From NCBI RefSeq assembly GCF_902713615.1, contig NC_052154.1, positions 142,083,263-142,147,262 of the forward strand: DNA of 64,000 bases, in the 5' to 3' direction. Under the pieces are notes generated by a model. That model did no database searches and was not told where the DNA came from. It worked only from the letters and a program-made list of their open reading frames with translations. The translations under genes and the position numbers were made by a program. Shown one piece after another: positions 51,263-64,000 of the stretch (position 1 is its first letter; every line of letters begins with the position of its first letter). This DNA is from Scyliorhinus canicula. Its lineage: Eukaryota.

Positions 51263-51509
51263 TTAGTATAAACATGCCCTTGACCCAATTTAGATACGCT
51301 CTTGTTTCTAATTCAGTTTGAGTTTCAATCTGTTAGATTTCTTGTGAAATTGGTTGGATTGAGAAGAGGCCATTAGGCTAGTGTAGAGATTAATGATGAT
51401 TTTATGTAAGTTGTCAGTTCAAATTCAAGCTAGATGTCTTTGAATTTGGAAGCACCTCAGTGACTATCACATTCCTCTGTCCCGGTAATTCAATATTTTG
51501 AAAATAGAT

Positions 51510-51625
51510 ACATGTGTTAAAACCTATGGCCAAGTTTAAGCCACACTTCAGGACTTGAGTACAATAATCAAAGCTGACATTCCAGTGCAGTCATGAGAGT
51601 ATGGAGCATTGATGGAGGTATCATT
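51510..51625 (+). mobile_element. Deu-domain SINE fragment
   Basis: ggacttgagtacaataatcaaagctgacattccagtgcagt resembles the Deu-SINE core. Confidence 0.45.
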
Positions 51626-51909
51626 GGGCACAATTCAGAGGACTGAAAACTAAGTCCGTGATCAGGTGCATTTGGCGGGGTAATTCTTGGAGGTTGCAGA
51701 TCAGAGAATCTAGGGAATTGGGTGGCTCATGGTCGGCCCGGCGCAGGGCCCAGTTTGGGGCTCTTGTGCGATTCACCCGGAGCCGGGTGCAATGGGTTCA
51801 CTGAATCGCGCCCATCGTTTGCATATGACCTTAAAAACCAAGGTCGCAATGTGAAATTGTCTATTTTGGCAGGAAGAATAAAAAAGAAGCTTATTATCAA
51901 AATGGTGAG

Positions 51910-52900
51910 ATTTTGCAGAACTCAGAGGTGCAGAGGGATCTGGTGAAGGTGTCCAAGGCATCGCGCAGCCGGTGATGTCCATGGCTGAGGGACTCGGTAG
52001 AATGTCCGACTCGCTGGAGTATGTGACCCAGTACCAGGCTGACCTTGATGAGGTTCTGGGGACATGTCCCGCTCTCAGATGGGCATGGCCAAGGCGCTGT
52101 CCCAGTCACTGAGGAGCATCGCTGAGGGCGGCGACACAATGGTGCGGACCATGGGGAACAGCCAGGGCTGACAGAGCCAGTAGATGCAGGGGCAGCTGGG
52201 GCTCGAACGAGCTGCACCTCCATCCAAAGGTGAGCCCCAAAGCCCTATGGACACTGAAAGGGAGGAGGGGGCGCTGAGTGCGAAGCTGGACCCGTCTCCT
52301 GGAATAGTGACGGTCACCACAAGTTCCACTCCTCTGATAAGGCTGCATCACAAGGTCAGCATGGGGGACAGGGCGGCATGGCTGCCCATGTGCCGCTGAT
52401 AAATGAGCCAGATCCTCCGGCCCCAGAGCTCCCAGAGGACACCTGCCAGGGGCATCTAAGGCCACAGGGTGGGGTAGTCAGCTGGCAGCCTCCACCTCAG
52501 ATGTGCGTCCTATGGAAATACTTAGACAGAGTGGTAGAGCTAGGAGGGCTAAGCACGTTGAGGATCACTGAGGGCACCTTTGGAGGGAGCAGGGGTGGGG
52601 GGGTAGGTATGGGATGGAGGTTGGGGGAGTGGGGTGGGTGGTACCATCGGGAGGGGGTATTGTACAACACATTAAACAGCTTTTTGCACAGCCATTATGA
52701 TGTCTTTGTCACTTCCTTATGCAATATGGGCTGACCTCCAGACCCTGTGCCCCTCTCCAGTCATCCCCTCCCCTCCCCATGTCGCTTACCCATCCTCCAG
52801 CCTTGGACATGACCCCGGAGATGTGTCCCATTCCCTGGGTGTTTGGATATTGCATGTGTGGTGTTGCCTCCCGCATTGTTCAAGCACAGTGTCCAGGCAT
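51910..52900 (+). mobile_element. Harbinger Myb-gene C-terminal/3' remnant
   Basis: Coiled-coil-like coding remnant ending agtggtagagctaggagggctaag, parallel to 19224-19790 (agtggtagggcctgtaaggctag). Confidence 0.5.
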
Positions 52901-53200
52901 AAGAGATGTGGAGATGCCAGCGTTGGACTGGGATGATTAGATTCAGGTTCCTTGACAGGTTCGGGGGAGTGGGAATCCAGCAGTGTGTAAGGGTGTCCAG
53001 AAAAGTGTTTGTCTGCTATGCCCAGCACTATGTGGCACACATAGGAAGATAAAGCTGCAGATCACTTGGTATCTCCTGAGCAGGAGGCAGAGGAGCATAA
53101 TGTGGCCAGAGTCGCTGCACCCACACATCTGGCTGCCAGTAAGCCCACATTCGGCTCATCCAGGCAATGTTCGGATAACATACAAGCCTAAAGCCATTAG

Positions 53201-56200
53201 TGATGTGTTGGGTAAGCTGGGTCTATGTAGACTGCGTTTGATGCAATGTAGAGAGAGACAGGCTTCCAACACTTGATGAGATGCAACACGATTTTATTTA
53301 ACGTTTAAACTATATTACATGCTTAACTGTGGGTTGACACTATGCTGACTTGACTGGAGACCTGAGGCTAGCCTGACCAGACTAACTGACTACCACATGG
53401 TGTTTGTACTAGCTGCTGCTCACGAGCTCTGACTGTCTCAGAGGCTGGATCCCAAGAGAGCAGGAAAACTGGTGCCCTCTGGCTTTATAGTGGTCGTGTC
53501 CTGTCTGGCGATTGGCTGCTGTGTTCTGTGTGCTCACTGGTCATCCTGCGTGTCAATCACTGCAGATAGAGGGCAGATAACACATGAGAAAAACGATGCG
53601 ATAACAAGGTAATGCAGCAATCAGTCTATAAATTTAGTCTCTGTGGCGGGCGACGAATTCTGGTTGACCGCCTCAAGGGTGGGTCAGGGGCCACCTGCAC
53701 CTGGCCGGGCGGGACTGCCTCCAATGTGGTGGTCGCAGAGGTCGGTAGAATGTCTGGTAGATCGGTGGCCTCGTGGCAGGGCGCGTCCAGAGGAAGCAGT
53801 GTGCGAGGCGGGACGTCACGGTCGGGTGGTTGGCGTGGAAGTCTGCGCAGTGCCCGCCTGTTGCGCTGGAGAAAAGAGCCATCAGGCATGCGAACGAGGA
53901 ACGATCTTGGGGTCACTTGCTTGACCACCACAGTTGTGGCACACCAGCCACCGTCAGGCAGCTGAACACGAACTCGATCAGCAGGGACCAGCTCAGGGAG
54001 ATCTGTGGCATGGGCGTCGTATGCCAGTTTGTATTGGGCCCGAGACTGCTGCATCCTCTGAATGACCGGGAAGTTGTCAAGGTCCGGAATGTGGATGGCC
54101 GGATCGTCGTTCGCAGTGTGCGGTTCATGAGAAGCGGCGCTGGGGACAGCCTAGTGGGCAGAGGGGTCGCTCTATATGCCAACAGCGCCAGGTTGAAATC
54201 GGAGCCCGAGTCAGAAGCCTTACACAATAATCTTTTTATGATGAGGACCCCTTTTTTGGCCTTCCCATTCAACTGGGGGTAGTGGGGGCTAGATGTTACG
54301 TGCCGAACGTCGTACAGCCGGGCAAAATCTGACCACTCCTGGCTGAAGAAGCAGGGGCCGTTGTTACTGATCACTGTGAGTGGGATCCCATGTCGGGCAA
54401 AGATTTCCTTGCATGCCTTGATCACCGCCGCTGACGTGAGGTCAGACAGTCTGACCACTTCGGGGTAATTGGAAAAGTAGTCCACTAGGAGGACATAGTC
54501 ACGCCCCTTGGTATGGAACAGGTCAAGACCGACTTTGGACCATGGGGAGGTCACCATCTCATGTTGCTGTAGAGTTTCTTTAGGCAGGGCCGGCTGGAAT
54601 TTTTGACACGTAGGGAAATTGAGGACTGTGTTGGCGATGTCTTGGCTGATGCCCGGCCAGTATACTGCCTCTCGAGCTCGACAACGACATTTCTCGACAC
54701 CCAGGTGACCCCCTTGGATTTGGCAGAGAAACAAATCTCGCATGCTTTGTGGGATCACAATTCTGTCAAGCTTCATGAGGATGCCGTCTACCACCATCAG
54801 ATCGTCCTTGACATTGTAAAACTGGGGACACTGTCCCTTCTGCCAGCCATTCATGAGGTGCTGCATCACCCGCTGGAGCAGAGGATCCCTGGCCGTCTCC
54901 TCACAAATTTGAATGACGCTCTCATCAGAGGCCGGAAAGTTGGAGGCACAGAATTGCACCTGCACGTCTATATGACAGACAATGTGAGTCTGCTCACACG
55001 GTGTAGTGATAGATCTGGAGAGTGCATCTGCAAGAATGAGCTCTTTGCCCGGGGTGTAAACCAGGTCAAAAGCGTAGCGTTGCAGCTTGAGAAGGATGCG
55101 TTGTAACCATGGCGTCATGTCATTGAGGTATTTTTGGATGATGTGAACCAATGGCCTGTGGTCCGTCTCAACCGTGAATTTGGGGAGGCCATATACATAA
55201 TCGTAGAACTTGTCGATCCCTGTAAGGAGGCCCAGGCATTCCTTCTCAATCTGAGCGTATCGTTGCACAGTGGGCGTCATGGCTCTAAAGGCATATGCAA
55301 CTGGGGCCCAGGAGGAGGAGTCATCCCGTTGGAGGAGCACTGCCCCAATACCATCCTGGCTCGCGTCAGTGGACATTTTTGTTTCCTTGGCGGGGTCGAA
55401 AAACGGCAGCACCGTGGCCTTGGTGAGTTTCGCCCTCAGCTCATGTCACTCTTTCTCATGAGCGGGTAGCCACTGGAAATCCATCGTTTTTCTAACGAAA
55501 TGGCGGAGGGCTGTGGTGTGTGACGCCATGTTGGGGATGAACTTCCCAAGGAAGTTGACCATCCCTAGAAAGCGAAGGACCGTCTTCTTGTCCTCCGTGG
55601 TCTTCATGGCGTTGATCGCCGAAACCTTGTCAGCATCCATCTGCACGCCTTGCTGCGAATGTGGTCGCCAAGGAATTTGATTTCTGATTGACCGAATGAG
55701 CATTTGGCTCTGTTGAGTCGGAAGCCATGCTCGTGAATCCTGTGGAACACCCGCTTGAGGCAATCGATGTGTTCTTGAGGAGTTGTGGACCAGATTATGA
55801 CATCGTCGACGTACACTCGCACCCCCTCGATACCCTCCATCATTTGTTCCATTATGCGGTGGAATACCTCTGAGGCAGTGATGATGCCAAAGGGCATTCG
55901 GTTGTAGCAGTAGTGACCGAACGGGGTATTGAAAGTGCACAGCTTGCGACTGGACGCGCCCAGCTGTATTTGCCAGCACCCCTTGGAGGCGTGCAGCTTG
56001 GTGAAGAATTTGGCATGAGCCATCTCGCTGGTTAACTCTTCTCGTTTTGATATTGGGTAGTGTTCCCTCATGATGTTGCGGTTTAAATCTTTGGGGTTGA
56101 TACAGATTCGAAGCTCCCCTGACGGCTTCTTGACGCAAACCTTGGAGCTGACCCAGTCTGTGGGTTCCGTGACCTTTGATATGACGCCCTGGTCCTGGAG

Positions 56201-58231
56201 GTCATGCAGCTGCTGCTTGAGGCGATCCTTGAGGAGCGCCGGCACCCGACGCGGTGCGTGAACCACAGGGGTGACGTTTGGCTTCAGTAGGATTTTATAT
56301 CGGTATGGGAGTGTGCCCACACCATCGAACACGCTATGGTATTGCGCTATGATGTCATCGAGTTGAGCCTGGAAGTTTTCATCAGGTGAGGCTGTTGCCT
56401 GTGCGGATGACATGGTGTGAAACCGCTGCACTAGGTTCAGAAGTTTGCAGGCCCGAGCACCGTCTGTCGGGTCCTACAATTTCAAATCGCAGCATCGCTT
56501 TCAATTACCTATTGGACACCGCAGGCTGGCATGAGCCACTGGCAGCAATGGCATTGCCATTGTAGTCGAGGAGCTGACAGGCTGGTGGAAGAATGCTTGG
56601 TCTGAAGCAGACGGTGTCGAGGTCAGATTTTGAAATGAGGTTTGCTGAAGCGCCAGTGTCCAGCGTGAAACGGATGCGAGCCTTGTTAACAGTACGTGTC
56701 GCTCACCACTCGTCATCCGGATCAAAGCTCAGGATTGGGAGATGTTTCATCATTGTTGAGAGAGGCAGAGCATGCTTAGTGATGATGCCCACCTGGAATG
56801 GGGATTTGAGGCACTCAGTGTCAGGATCTGGTGGGCTGTCGGGGTCGGAGGCTGTCATGGCCTGCTGTACTGAATGGACGCTCCTGCGCTGTGGCTGGGA
56901 TCGCTGTGTGCTGGGCAGTGGATCAGATCTGCAAAGGGCTGTAGTGGCCAAGCTTGCCACACTGGAGACAGCATTGTGATTTTGCCGGACATTGCCGCTT
57001 TAAATGGGCAGAGCCACAATTCGGACCCGTCATGACGCTGACATCAGCACGTGCGCCAACGCGCATGCACAGTGCGGTCAAACGACGTGCGCACCTGTGC
57101 AGACTGGTCGTTAGTCTCGCCGTCCCCTCGGTCGTGGCGCGCACGCGCTGGAGCCCGGGAAATCGCGCGAAATGTCCACTCTCATCAAGACTCAGGCCTT
57201 GCATTTGCTTGATGGCCTGCACCCGTTCTGCCTCGTGGGGGTTTAGCCTTGCCGTTTCTGCCGCCCTCTTGTGGGAGTACCGGTTGTTAGCATGCTCGTG
57301 GAGAACGGACGTTTCGATGGCGATGGTCAGTGTGATTGGCGAAGGGAATCGGAATGGACCCCGAAAACGATCTGATCATGGAATCAGTTGTCGAGTCATA
57401 GTTGCATGACTGCGCGAGGATGCGGAGATGGGTTAAAAAGGACTGAAAAGGTTCATCCTTACCCTGAAGCCTCTGCTGGAAAACGTACCGTTCAAAGCTC
57501 TCATTCACCTCAATGTCGCAGTGGCTGTCGAACTTCAGCAGGACTGTTTTAAACTTTGTAAGGGAGTTGTAGATGTGGATAGCGTGGTCACCGGCTGTAG
57601 AAAGGAATAGTGCGGTCTTCCAGGCATCTGATGGGCCTCGAGGTCGGTGGCTTCAAGATAGAGCTGGAACTTCTGTTTGAAAATCTTCCAGTTTGCACCG
57701 AGGTTGCCGGCGATGCGGAGCTGCGGAGGAGGGCAGATGCTGTCCATGCTACCAGATGGCTGATCGCTGGTCAAGGCAGATTATCTCAAGGTGAGTCCAT
57801 CAATTCTCAACATCCATACCTGGTACAATGATGTGTTGGGTAAGCTGGGTATATGTGGACTGCGTTTGATGCAGTGTAGAGAGAGACAGCCTTCCAACAC
57901 TTGATGAGATGCAACAAGATTTTATTTAACATCTAAACTATATTACATGCTTAACTGTGGGTTAACACTATGCTGACTTGACTGGAGACCTGAGGCTAAC
58001 CTGACCAGACTAACTGACTACCACATGGTGTTTGCACTGGCTAATGCTCACGAGCTCTGACTGTCTCAGAGGCTGGATCCCGAGAGAGCAGGAAACTGGT
58101 GCCCTCTGGCTTTATAGTGGTCGTGTCCTGCCTGGTGATTGGTTGCTGTGTTCTGTGTGCTCACTGGTCATATTGTGTGTCAATCACTGCCTGTCTGCAC
58201 TCCATCATATACATGGATGTATATTATGACA
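53201..58231 (-). mobile_element. Gypsy LTR retrotransposon C (near full length, frameshifted; related to A)
   Basis: 5' LTR 57829-58231; 3' LTR 53201-~53563 lacking its last ~41 bp and the PPT; TSD ATTAG. PBS-like ttgtaccaggtatgg resembles the tRNA-Leu(TAA) complement TGGTACCAGGAGTGG. gag GNLGANWKIFKQKF, RT YVDD, RNase H TDASQDGIGAVL, integrase. Confidence 0.94.
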
Positions 58232-61009
58232 ATTAGTAAGACTAAATGCTCTGACCCTGTCACATCTCAGCACAGAGCATTCTCACAGTCATAAATGTTT
58301 CCTCACACACAGTCCATGCATATTTCACCCAAGGGCTTTGAAGTGGATGTTTCTTGAGAAGAGTCCCCACCTCCACATAGAATCACTGAATCCCTACAGA
58401 GCAGAAGGAGGCCATTCGGCCAATCGATCCTGCACCGACCGCTGATCGCTCAAGAGCTTATCCATCAGCCATGAATGGATGGTGGGACATCAAAGACATG
58501 CGTTAGTGCTGACATTGAGCGAGGGTGTAAACTCAGCAAAGAGCAGATCATTACAGCTCTGTTATGAGGGACATGAGTACAACATGACTAACAGTTAAGG
58601 ACCAAGTAGCAGTTAATGCTGTCACTCGACCTTGAGTTTGAAAGCCAGCTTTCCTATGTCCGGCATCCATCATGAAACAGTTCCCTCCTTTTCAGTGGCA
58701 GATGTATTGCAGCCATTGTGACCCCTGGCGGGGTCCCTTTAAATTGAAATCTTCCAATGGCAGATCCAGCTCGTGATCCCACCCTCCTTCCCTGATTGGT
58801 AGAGGAACCCGTATGTGTGAATGTAATGCCATGGCTCAGTTAAAGATCCCTGGCAAAGGGCACTGGGCACTTTCCCAGGTTCCTGGCCCACTGATGGTCC
58901 AGCCATCTCAACATGGACTCAATTCAGATTGTTCCACTGAGGAAATGGATGCAAAGCTGGGGTGACAGTGTGAGACAAGGGGACCAAAAGTTTACTTGAT
59001 AAGTTGGAAGCACGGGCAAAGAGGCAGACATATTCACTTGAAGAACTAAGAAGTAACAAAGTGGAAAAGTGATAGGATATTCAAACCCATCAGACCAATC
59101 CACTGAATGGCTTGTCAGGGTAATTCTCACAGCTTAGGACAGGATAACACACAATTATTTGATAGTTTTCTGCATATTTAGACCAGTTGCAGGGACATTT
59201 TCTGTTGGAACACTAGCATCCGTGTCATCATGACAGGTGGCCTTGAGAAAGACTTTTCCACAGCACATTTTGGGTGAATTGTGAGCCTCAATAAAGACTA
59301 TTATAATTGCTTTCCAGACACGACTTTGAGAGGATTAGTTCTGTTTTTGTCATTGGTGGGCAATCACTATTGTTATGATGGCAGAGAACAGTACAATTGG
59401 TTTTAATACTCTGGGTTAGGAAGGAGAAAGATTTCTGGTCTTGATCCCTATCAAAGTCCAAATGCATTTGTACATCAGATCAGGCTCAACAATGTTGTCC
59501 CTGTTGTCAAATCGTCTGCTGATACTGGTAGTCAGGGATCATGCATGGATAATGGGAAACACACTAGAGTTCCCACCCTGGAATGGGAAACAAACCTGCG
59601 CATGTAGAGCCGGGCAGGCTGTAGTCTTTCTTATGCTTGTAAACTGTAAATAAAACTACCTTCTTGTGACTACCTTCTCTAAGTCTCCTCAGCATGATCC
59701 CCAGGGGATGAGCTACAGACAAATGACTGCACACTTTGGAGCTGTAGTCCACCAAATAATTAATAATGAAGAACAGGGTACTGTATGTAAGATATTGCAT
59801 TAAAAGGGATAACAAGTTGGACTCGACTTAGAGACAGTCTTTCAGTCTTCAGAATCTGTCATGGTATTATCAGTTTCTAATTTATTTTGATGTTGGGGGA
59901 ACAGCTGGGAGAGATAGTCTTACAAGTAATGGAACCAGGCCTGTATAAAATGTCAGAGCAATACACGGTGTGTTAATTTGCATATTTAGTGAACAGTAAT
60001 AGTAGCTATTATATTTATACATAATTAATTGTTTTGTAAAATGGTATAACGTACAGATTGTTTTCAAGAAGTCTGCATTCCCTTAAATAATATATTTTCC
60101 AAGCGCTCATGTTTGTACACGTGATGATACTCTCGCTGGACCCATGTCAGATGGCGCAGTTGTCACAATTTGCTGATAGATTGAAGAGGTGAAAAGCGAA
60201 GCAAAGTGCAAAACAGTACAATTGTCCCCCCAAAGGACTTTGAGCTCATAGCATGGAATGCCTCTATTAAAGAAGCCTCCGTTCACAGAATTTATGTTAG
60301 AATGTGATGGGCTAAACCATTGTAAATAACTTTCTATAAATTATGTAATTTTAAACTATGAAATCTTAAAATTATAAAAATTGACTAATAGAATTGACAG
60401 ATTATCAATACAATTCTTACAATGTTATTGCAATCTACAAAATTTGAATTTATGGATATGTATAAGGTTGCACAATATTGCAATATTATCAATGATCGTG
60501 TTATGCAGATGAAAGGTTGAGGTCATTCATGAAGCCTGGCAACATTCCAACAGGAAAATGCTAGGCTATGTTAAGCAGTAGAGAAACTGCTTGAAGGTCG
60601 TTTAAGTATTAGTGCGTATTGTGGTCACCATGGGAGTAACGGATGTTGATGTCTGTATCTGATTTTAGTCAGTGAGGATATTTACAGTGAAACAAGACTA
60701 ATAATAGTCCTGAAATGAAAGATTTTCATTTATGGTAAAGTTATTGTTGGCAGTTTACCAGGCAATAGAGGATATTAGCTTCAAAAATATCTGTTGGTTT
60801 AGGACCGTCACTAATCTTGTATTGTGCAATCTCCCAGTTTTCATCCTAATATATATCATGTGATAGATGTTGGCATTTATTTTTATTTGGAGGCGCTATG
60901 GGAAACATTCACGTAGCATCAGTTTCTGGCACACGTTGAGTGGTGCCATTGCAAATAAGGACCTCGGGTTTGATCTGCATGAAGGCTGAGGATGCTGGTC
61001 AGGCATCGC

Positions 61010-61264
61010 AGAGCAGACAGGAAATTTTTTCACACAGAGGATGGTGAGCATCTGGAACAGGCTGCCAAAGGCAGTGGTAGAGACGGGTACAATTTTTTCC
61101 CTTAAAAAGCAGTTAGACAGTTACATGAGCAGGGTGGGTATAGAAGGATATGGGCCAAATGCGGGCAAGTGGGACTAGCTTAGTGATAGAAACTGGATGG
61201 CATGGACAAGCTGGGCCGAAAGGCCTGTTTCCATGCTGTAAACATCTATGACTCTATGATTCTA
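61010..61264 (+). mobile_element. CR1 3' end
   Basis: ttttcacacagagg...gggccgaaaggcctgtttccatgctgta...ctatgactctatgattcta. Confidence 0.85.
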
Positions 61265-61740
61265 GTGGTAAGCAGGTCCACTTGACCTGGGTGGGAAACA
61301 AACCTGAGCAGGTGAAGCCGGGCAGGCTGTGGTCTTCCTTATTTTTGTAAACTAGAAAAAAAACTACCTTTTTTGTAGCTTCCCTCAGCAGTCCCTTTTA
61401 AGGTCTGCTAGTTATCCCACTGAAGACCTGGAACAATGCAAGTAGAAGGAGAATGTACAGTACAAATCTCTACCCAGTTGATGACCAATATTTATTGGAG
61501 CTCTATTAACATTTGCATTTGCAGGGCAACTAACATGTGTTTCAACTAACACGTGAACACCCATGTTACTGACTTCCAATTCGTCAGCGATGTGGGGGTG
61601 GGGGCACTAGAGATAATGACCTAGGAGTTATTATTAACATTTCATAGTACTGGAGGGTATCCTAAGCAACTTTCTGTATTAGAATGAAACTAATACTTTA
61701 TTGATTTCTTGTTCATATATCAATGATACATAAATATCAC

Positions 61741-61755
61741 GGGCTGGAGTCTCTC

Positions 61756-61792
<37 letters not shown>

Positions 61793-62413
61793 CCCCGCGA
61801 TGCCGAAATCGAGTTCGGCAAAGAGTCGGAGAATCCGTTTTGACACCAATATCAGGAGCGCCGCCGGTTTTTGTATTCTCCACCCCCTAAAAGGTGACAT
61901 ACTCTAGGCGTACACCACTGATTATCCACGGCCTCAGGCCATTGCCTGAGGACCGCCCCGCGATGCTCCATCCCCGATCAGCCGAGTTCCCGACTGCATG
62001 GGTTACATGAGCTCACACCGTCCGGGTACCTCACGTGGCGGCTGAGGGCTTAGTCCAGCGCTGCCACAGTCAGGGGAGGGCTTCATTCGGGGCTGGGCAC
62101 TGTGGGCGGGCGGTCTGGGGCTCGCGAGCGTCCGAAGGGGGGCACTACTTTTGCAATCCGTGTCCGTGGGCTGAGACCGCCATGAAGCACAGTACAGCCG
62201 CTACAGGCCACCGCCATGTACATGGGCGGCCATTGAACCGGAAATGCTCAGGGCCTTATTGGCAACCAGAGCTACGAGCTCTACGCTGTCTCCCTGCTAG
62301 CCTCCAGCAAAACAATGAATCGGTGGCTGTTTTGCTTCAGTTTTCCTGGCGTAAAAGACTACCGTTTTCACGCCGGCGTGGGGACTTAGTCTCCAAAACG
62401 GAGAATCCAGACC
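61741..62413 (-). mobile_element. Harbinger MITE, TSD CAC
   Basis: TIRs gggctggagtctc / ggagaatccagacc; reverse copy of the 44096-44681 family. Confidence 0.85.
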
Positions 62414-63397
62414 CACATTTATTAATCCACATTTACTTGGTGGAAAACTTATTAACTTGCAAGACTGGAAAAAGGTTAGGAGAAGTTTCTTTCCTTTAAG
62501 TTGTTGAAACAAAGAATGCTTTGGCACAGTATGCAATTGAGGTAAAGTCCATTGCATTCTTAAGAATATTAGAAGTGAAGTTAACTGTTTAGTCTTTTAA
62601 GCCATTCAGTTGTATCATGGTTGATCTGTACCTCAAACTGATTTATCCATCTTTGCTCCATATCCCTTGTTACCCTTACCGAATAAAAAAATCTACCTCA
62701 AACTTGAAACTTTCAACTTACTCCTGCTAAAGGAAAGTGTATAAAGTAGAGGGAAAAAAAGCTAGATCAGGACATTAGGATTAATTTTGAATTGCTCTAG
62801 CAGAGAGCTGACACATGCATAATGAATCAAATGGCCTTCTATGCATAAAATGAGAAGAGACTTGCCTTTCTCTGACTATCATTTCCTCTCTCCTACCTCA
62901 GGCAATTTTTGCTTGCTAATTTTAATTCAACTGTTTCACTTCAAAATGGTGGTTAGGACTAACCTATGGAGTCTGTCCTGTCCATTTGATTTTCCTCTTC
63001 CAGTCTACCACTCAAGAAGGGTCCAAGGTGCCGACTGGTCTTCTGCAAGATTGCTGTTATGACCTGCCGTGCTAGCAACTCATGGAAGAACAGATAGGAA
63101 TATACATTGGGAATTATCACTTGAATAATTTATGGAAAAAATAAGTAAGGAAGTTTCTAATGATGTGTCATCTAGTGAGTTATTCAGTATTTTTTTTTCC
63201 TTGCATTCTTTATAAGAAAGATGAAATGGTGCAATGAAAAATAATTTCTTTGTCAGCTTTACAAATTTTCCTACTTTTCCTCATTTGAGGACCTTAGGCT
63301 ATGGTTCCAGGCTAAATAGTGACTGCCAACGACTATTTACAAATGTGGCACATTCAAACGAGATCTGTTCCACCCTCATCTAATCTTCACAGACATG

Positions 63398-64000
63398 GGG
63401 CTGGATTCTCCAATTTTGGGGCTATGTCCGGAGGATCCGTGGCGTTTTATGTGGGAAAAATTGGCGCGGCCTCCAAACGGTGAGTGGCAAGCAGCCATGC
63501 CATGTAAAACGCACGGCTTCCCGATATGAACGGCTGGAGAATTGCCAGGTCCGTGGCTACGCAAGCGCACGGCGATGACCTGCAACATGGCACCGGCCTT
63601 GCGCGGACTCGACCTGCCACATAGTGCCCCCCTGGACAACCCCGAGCCAACCCCCACCAGTCCCCCCCCCCCCGCAGCCCTTGCCGAAGCCTCCCCCCAC
63701 CGCCCCCAGCCAGCAGCAAATCCCGCTAGATTGTTGTGGGCGCTGGACACAGTCCGCAGCCGCCATGCCGGGTTCCCGATCGTGAGTCAACCGCGCGGGT
63801 CAACTCGGCCTATCGAGGCGGAGCATCGGGGGAGGGCCTTCAGGTAACGCTTTGAGGCCGTCCCAACGGCGTGTGGCATCCTCGTCAATGACTCCATTTT
63901 GGAGGGGGCAAAGCATTCGAAAACAGCCGCCGCCCCCGATTCCATTGTAAAAAGGTATTCTCCGTCCGATCGCCGATTACAAAATCGGCGCCGGGCAATG
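63398..64000. mobile_element. Harbinger MITE running off the window end
   Basis: atg|gggctggattctcc start; interior similar to 25342-25973. Confidence 0.8.

Noticed and set aside
45358-64000. Next USH1C exon (GIVKGDEIMAING-like)
   Set aside because: Candidate acceptors near 50580, 59318, 60510 and 62900 gave no matching frame; it probably lies beyond the window, though a miss by eye is possible.

Overview
Vertebrate genomic DNA. The repeat content (HE1/V-SINE-like SINEs, CR1, GC-rich PIF/Harbinger MITEs) points to a cartilaginous fish, probably a catshark; this is an inference. The supplied ORF track misses the host gene. Four short + strand exons with canonical AG/GT ends and matching phases (14835-14897, 23948-23989, 34499-34552, 45258-45357) splice to [86 protein letters not shown](G). 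This is the end of the PST region and the start of PDZ3 of harmonin (USH1C). Everything else is ~9-11 kb introns (and a >18 kb last intron) packed with decayed and nested transposons: three antisense Gypsy LTR elements with 5-bp TSDs, a Penelope-like element, a Tx1/L1 ORF2, CR1 pieces, Harbinger transposase and Myb remnants with many MITEs, a hAT MITE and several SINE types. Most notable: (1) a Gypsy element with no tRNA primer site but a perfect 12-nt match to its own LTR in self-priming geometry; (2) a 102-bp inverted Penelope terminal repeat with a minimal hammerhead ribozyme in the USH1C sense orientation; (3) a CR1 tail abutting a USH1C splice acceptor; (4) SINEs with swapped heads and tails. 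No searches were run; family calls rest on recognised motifs.
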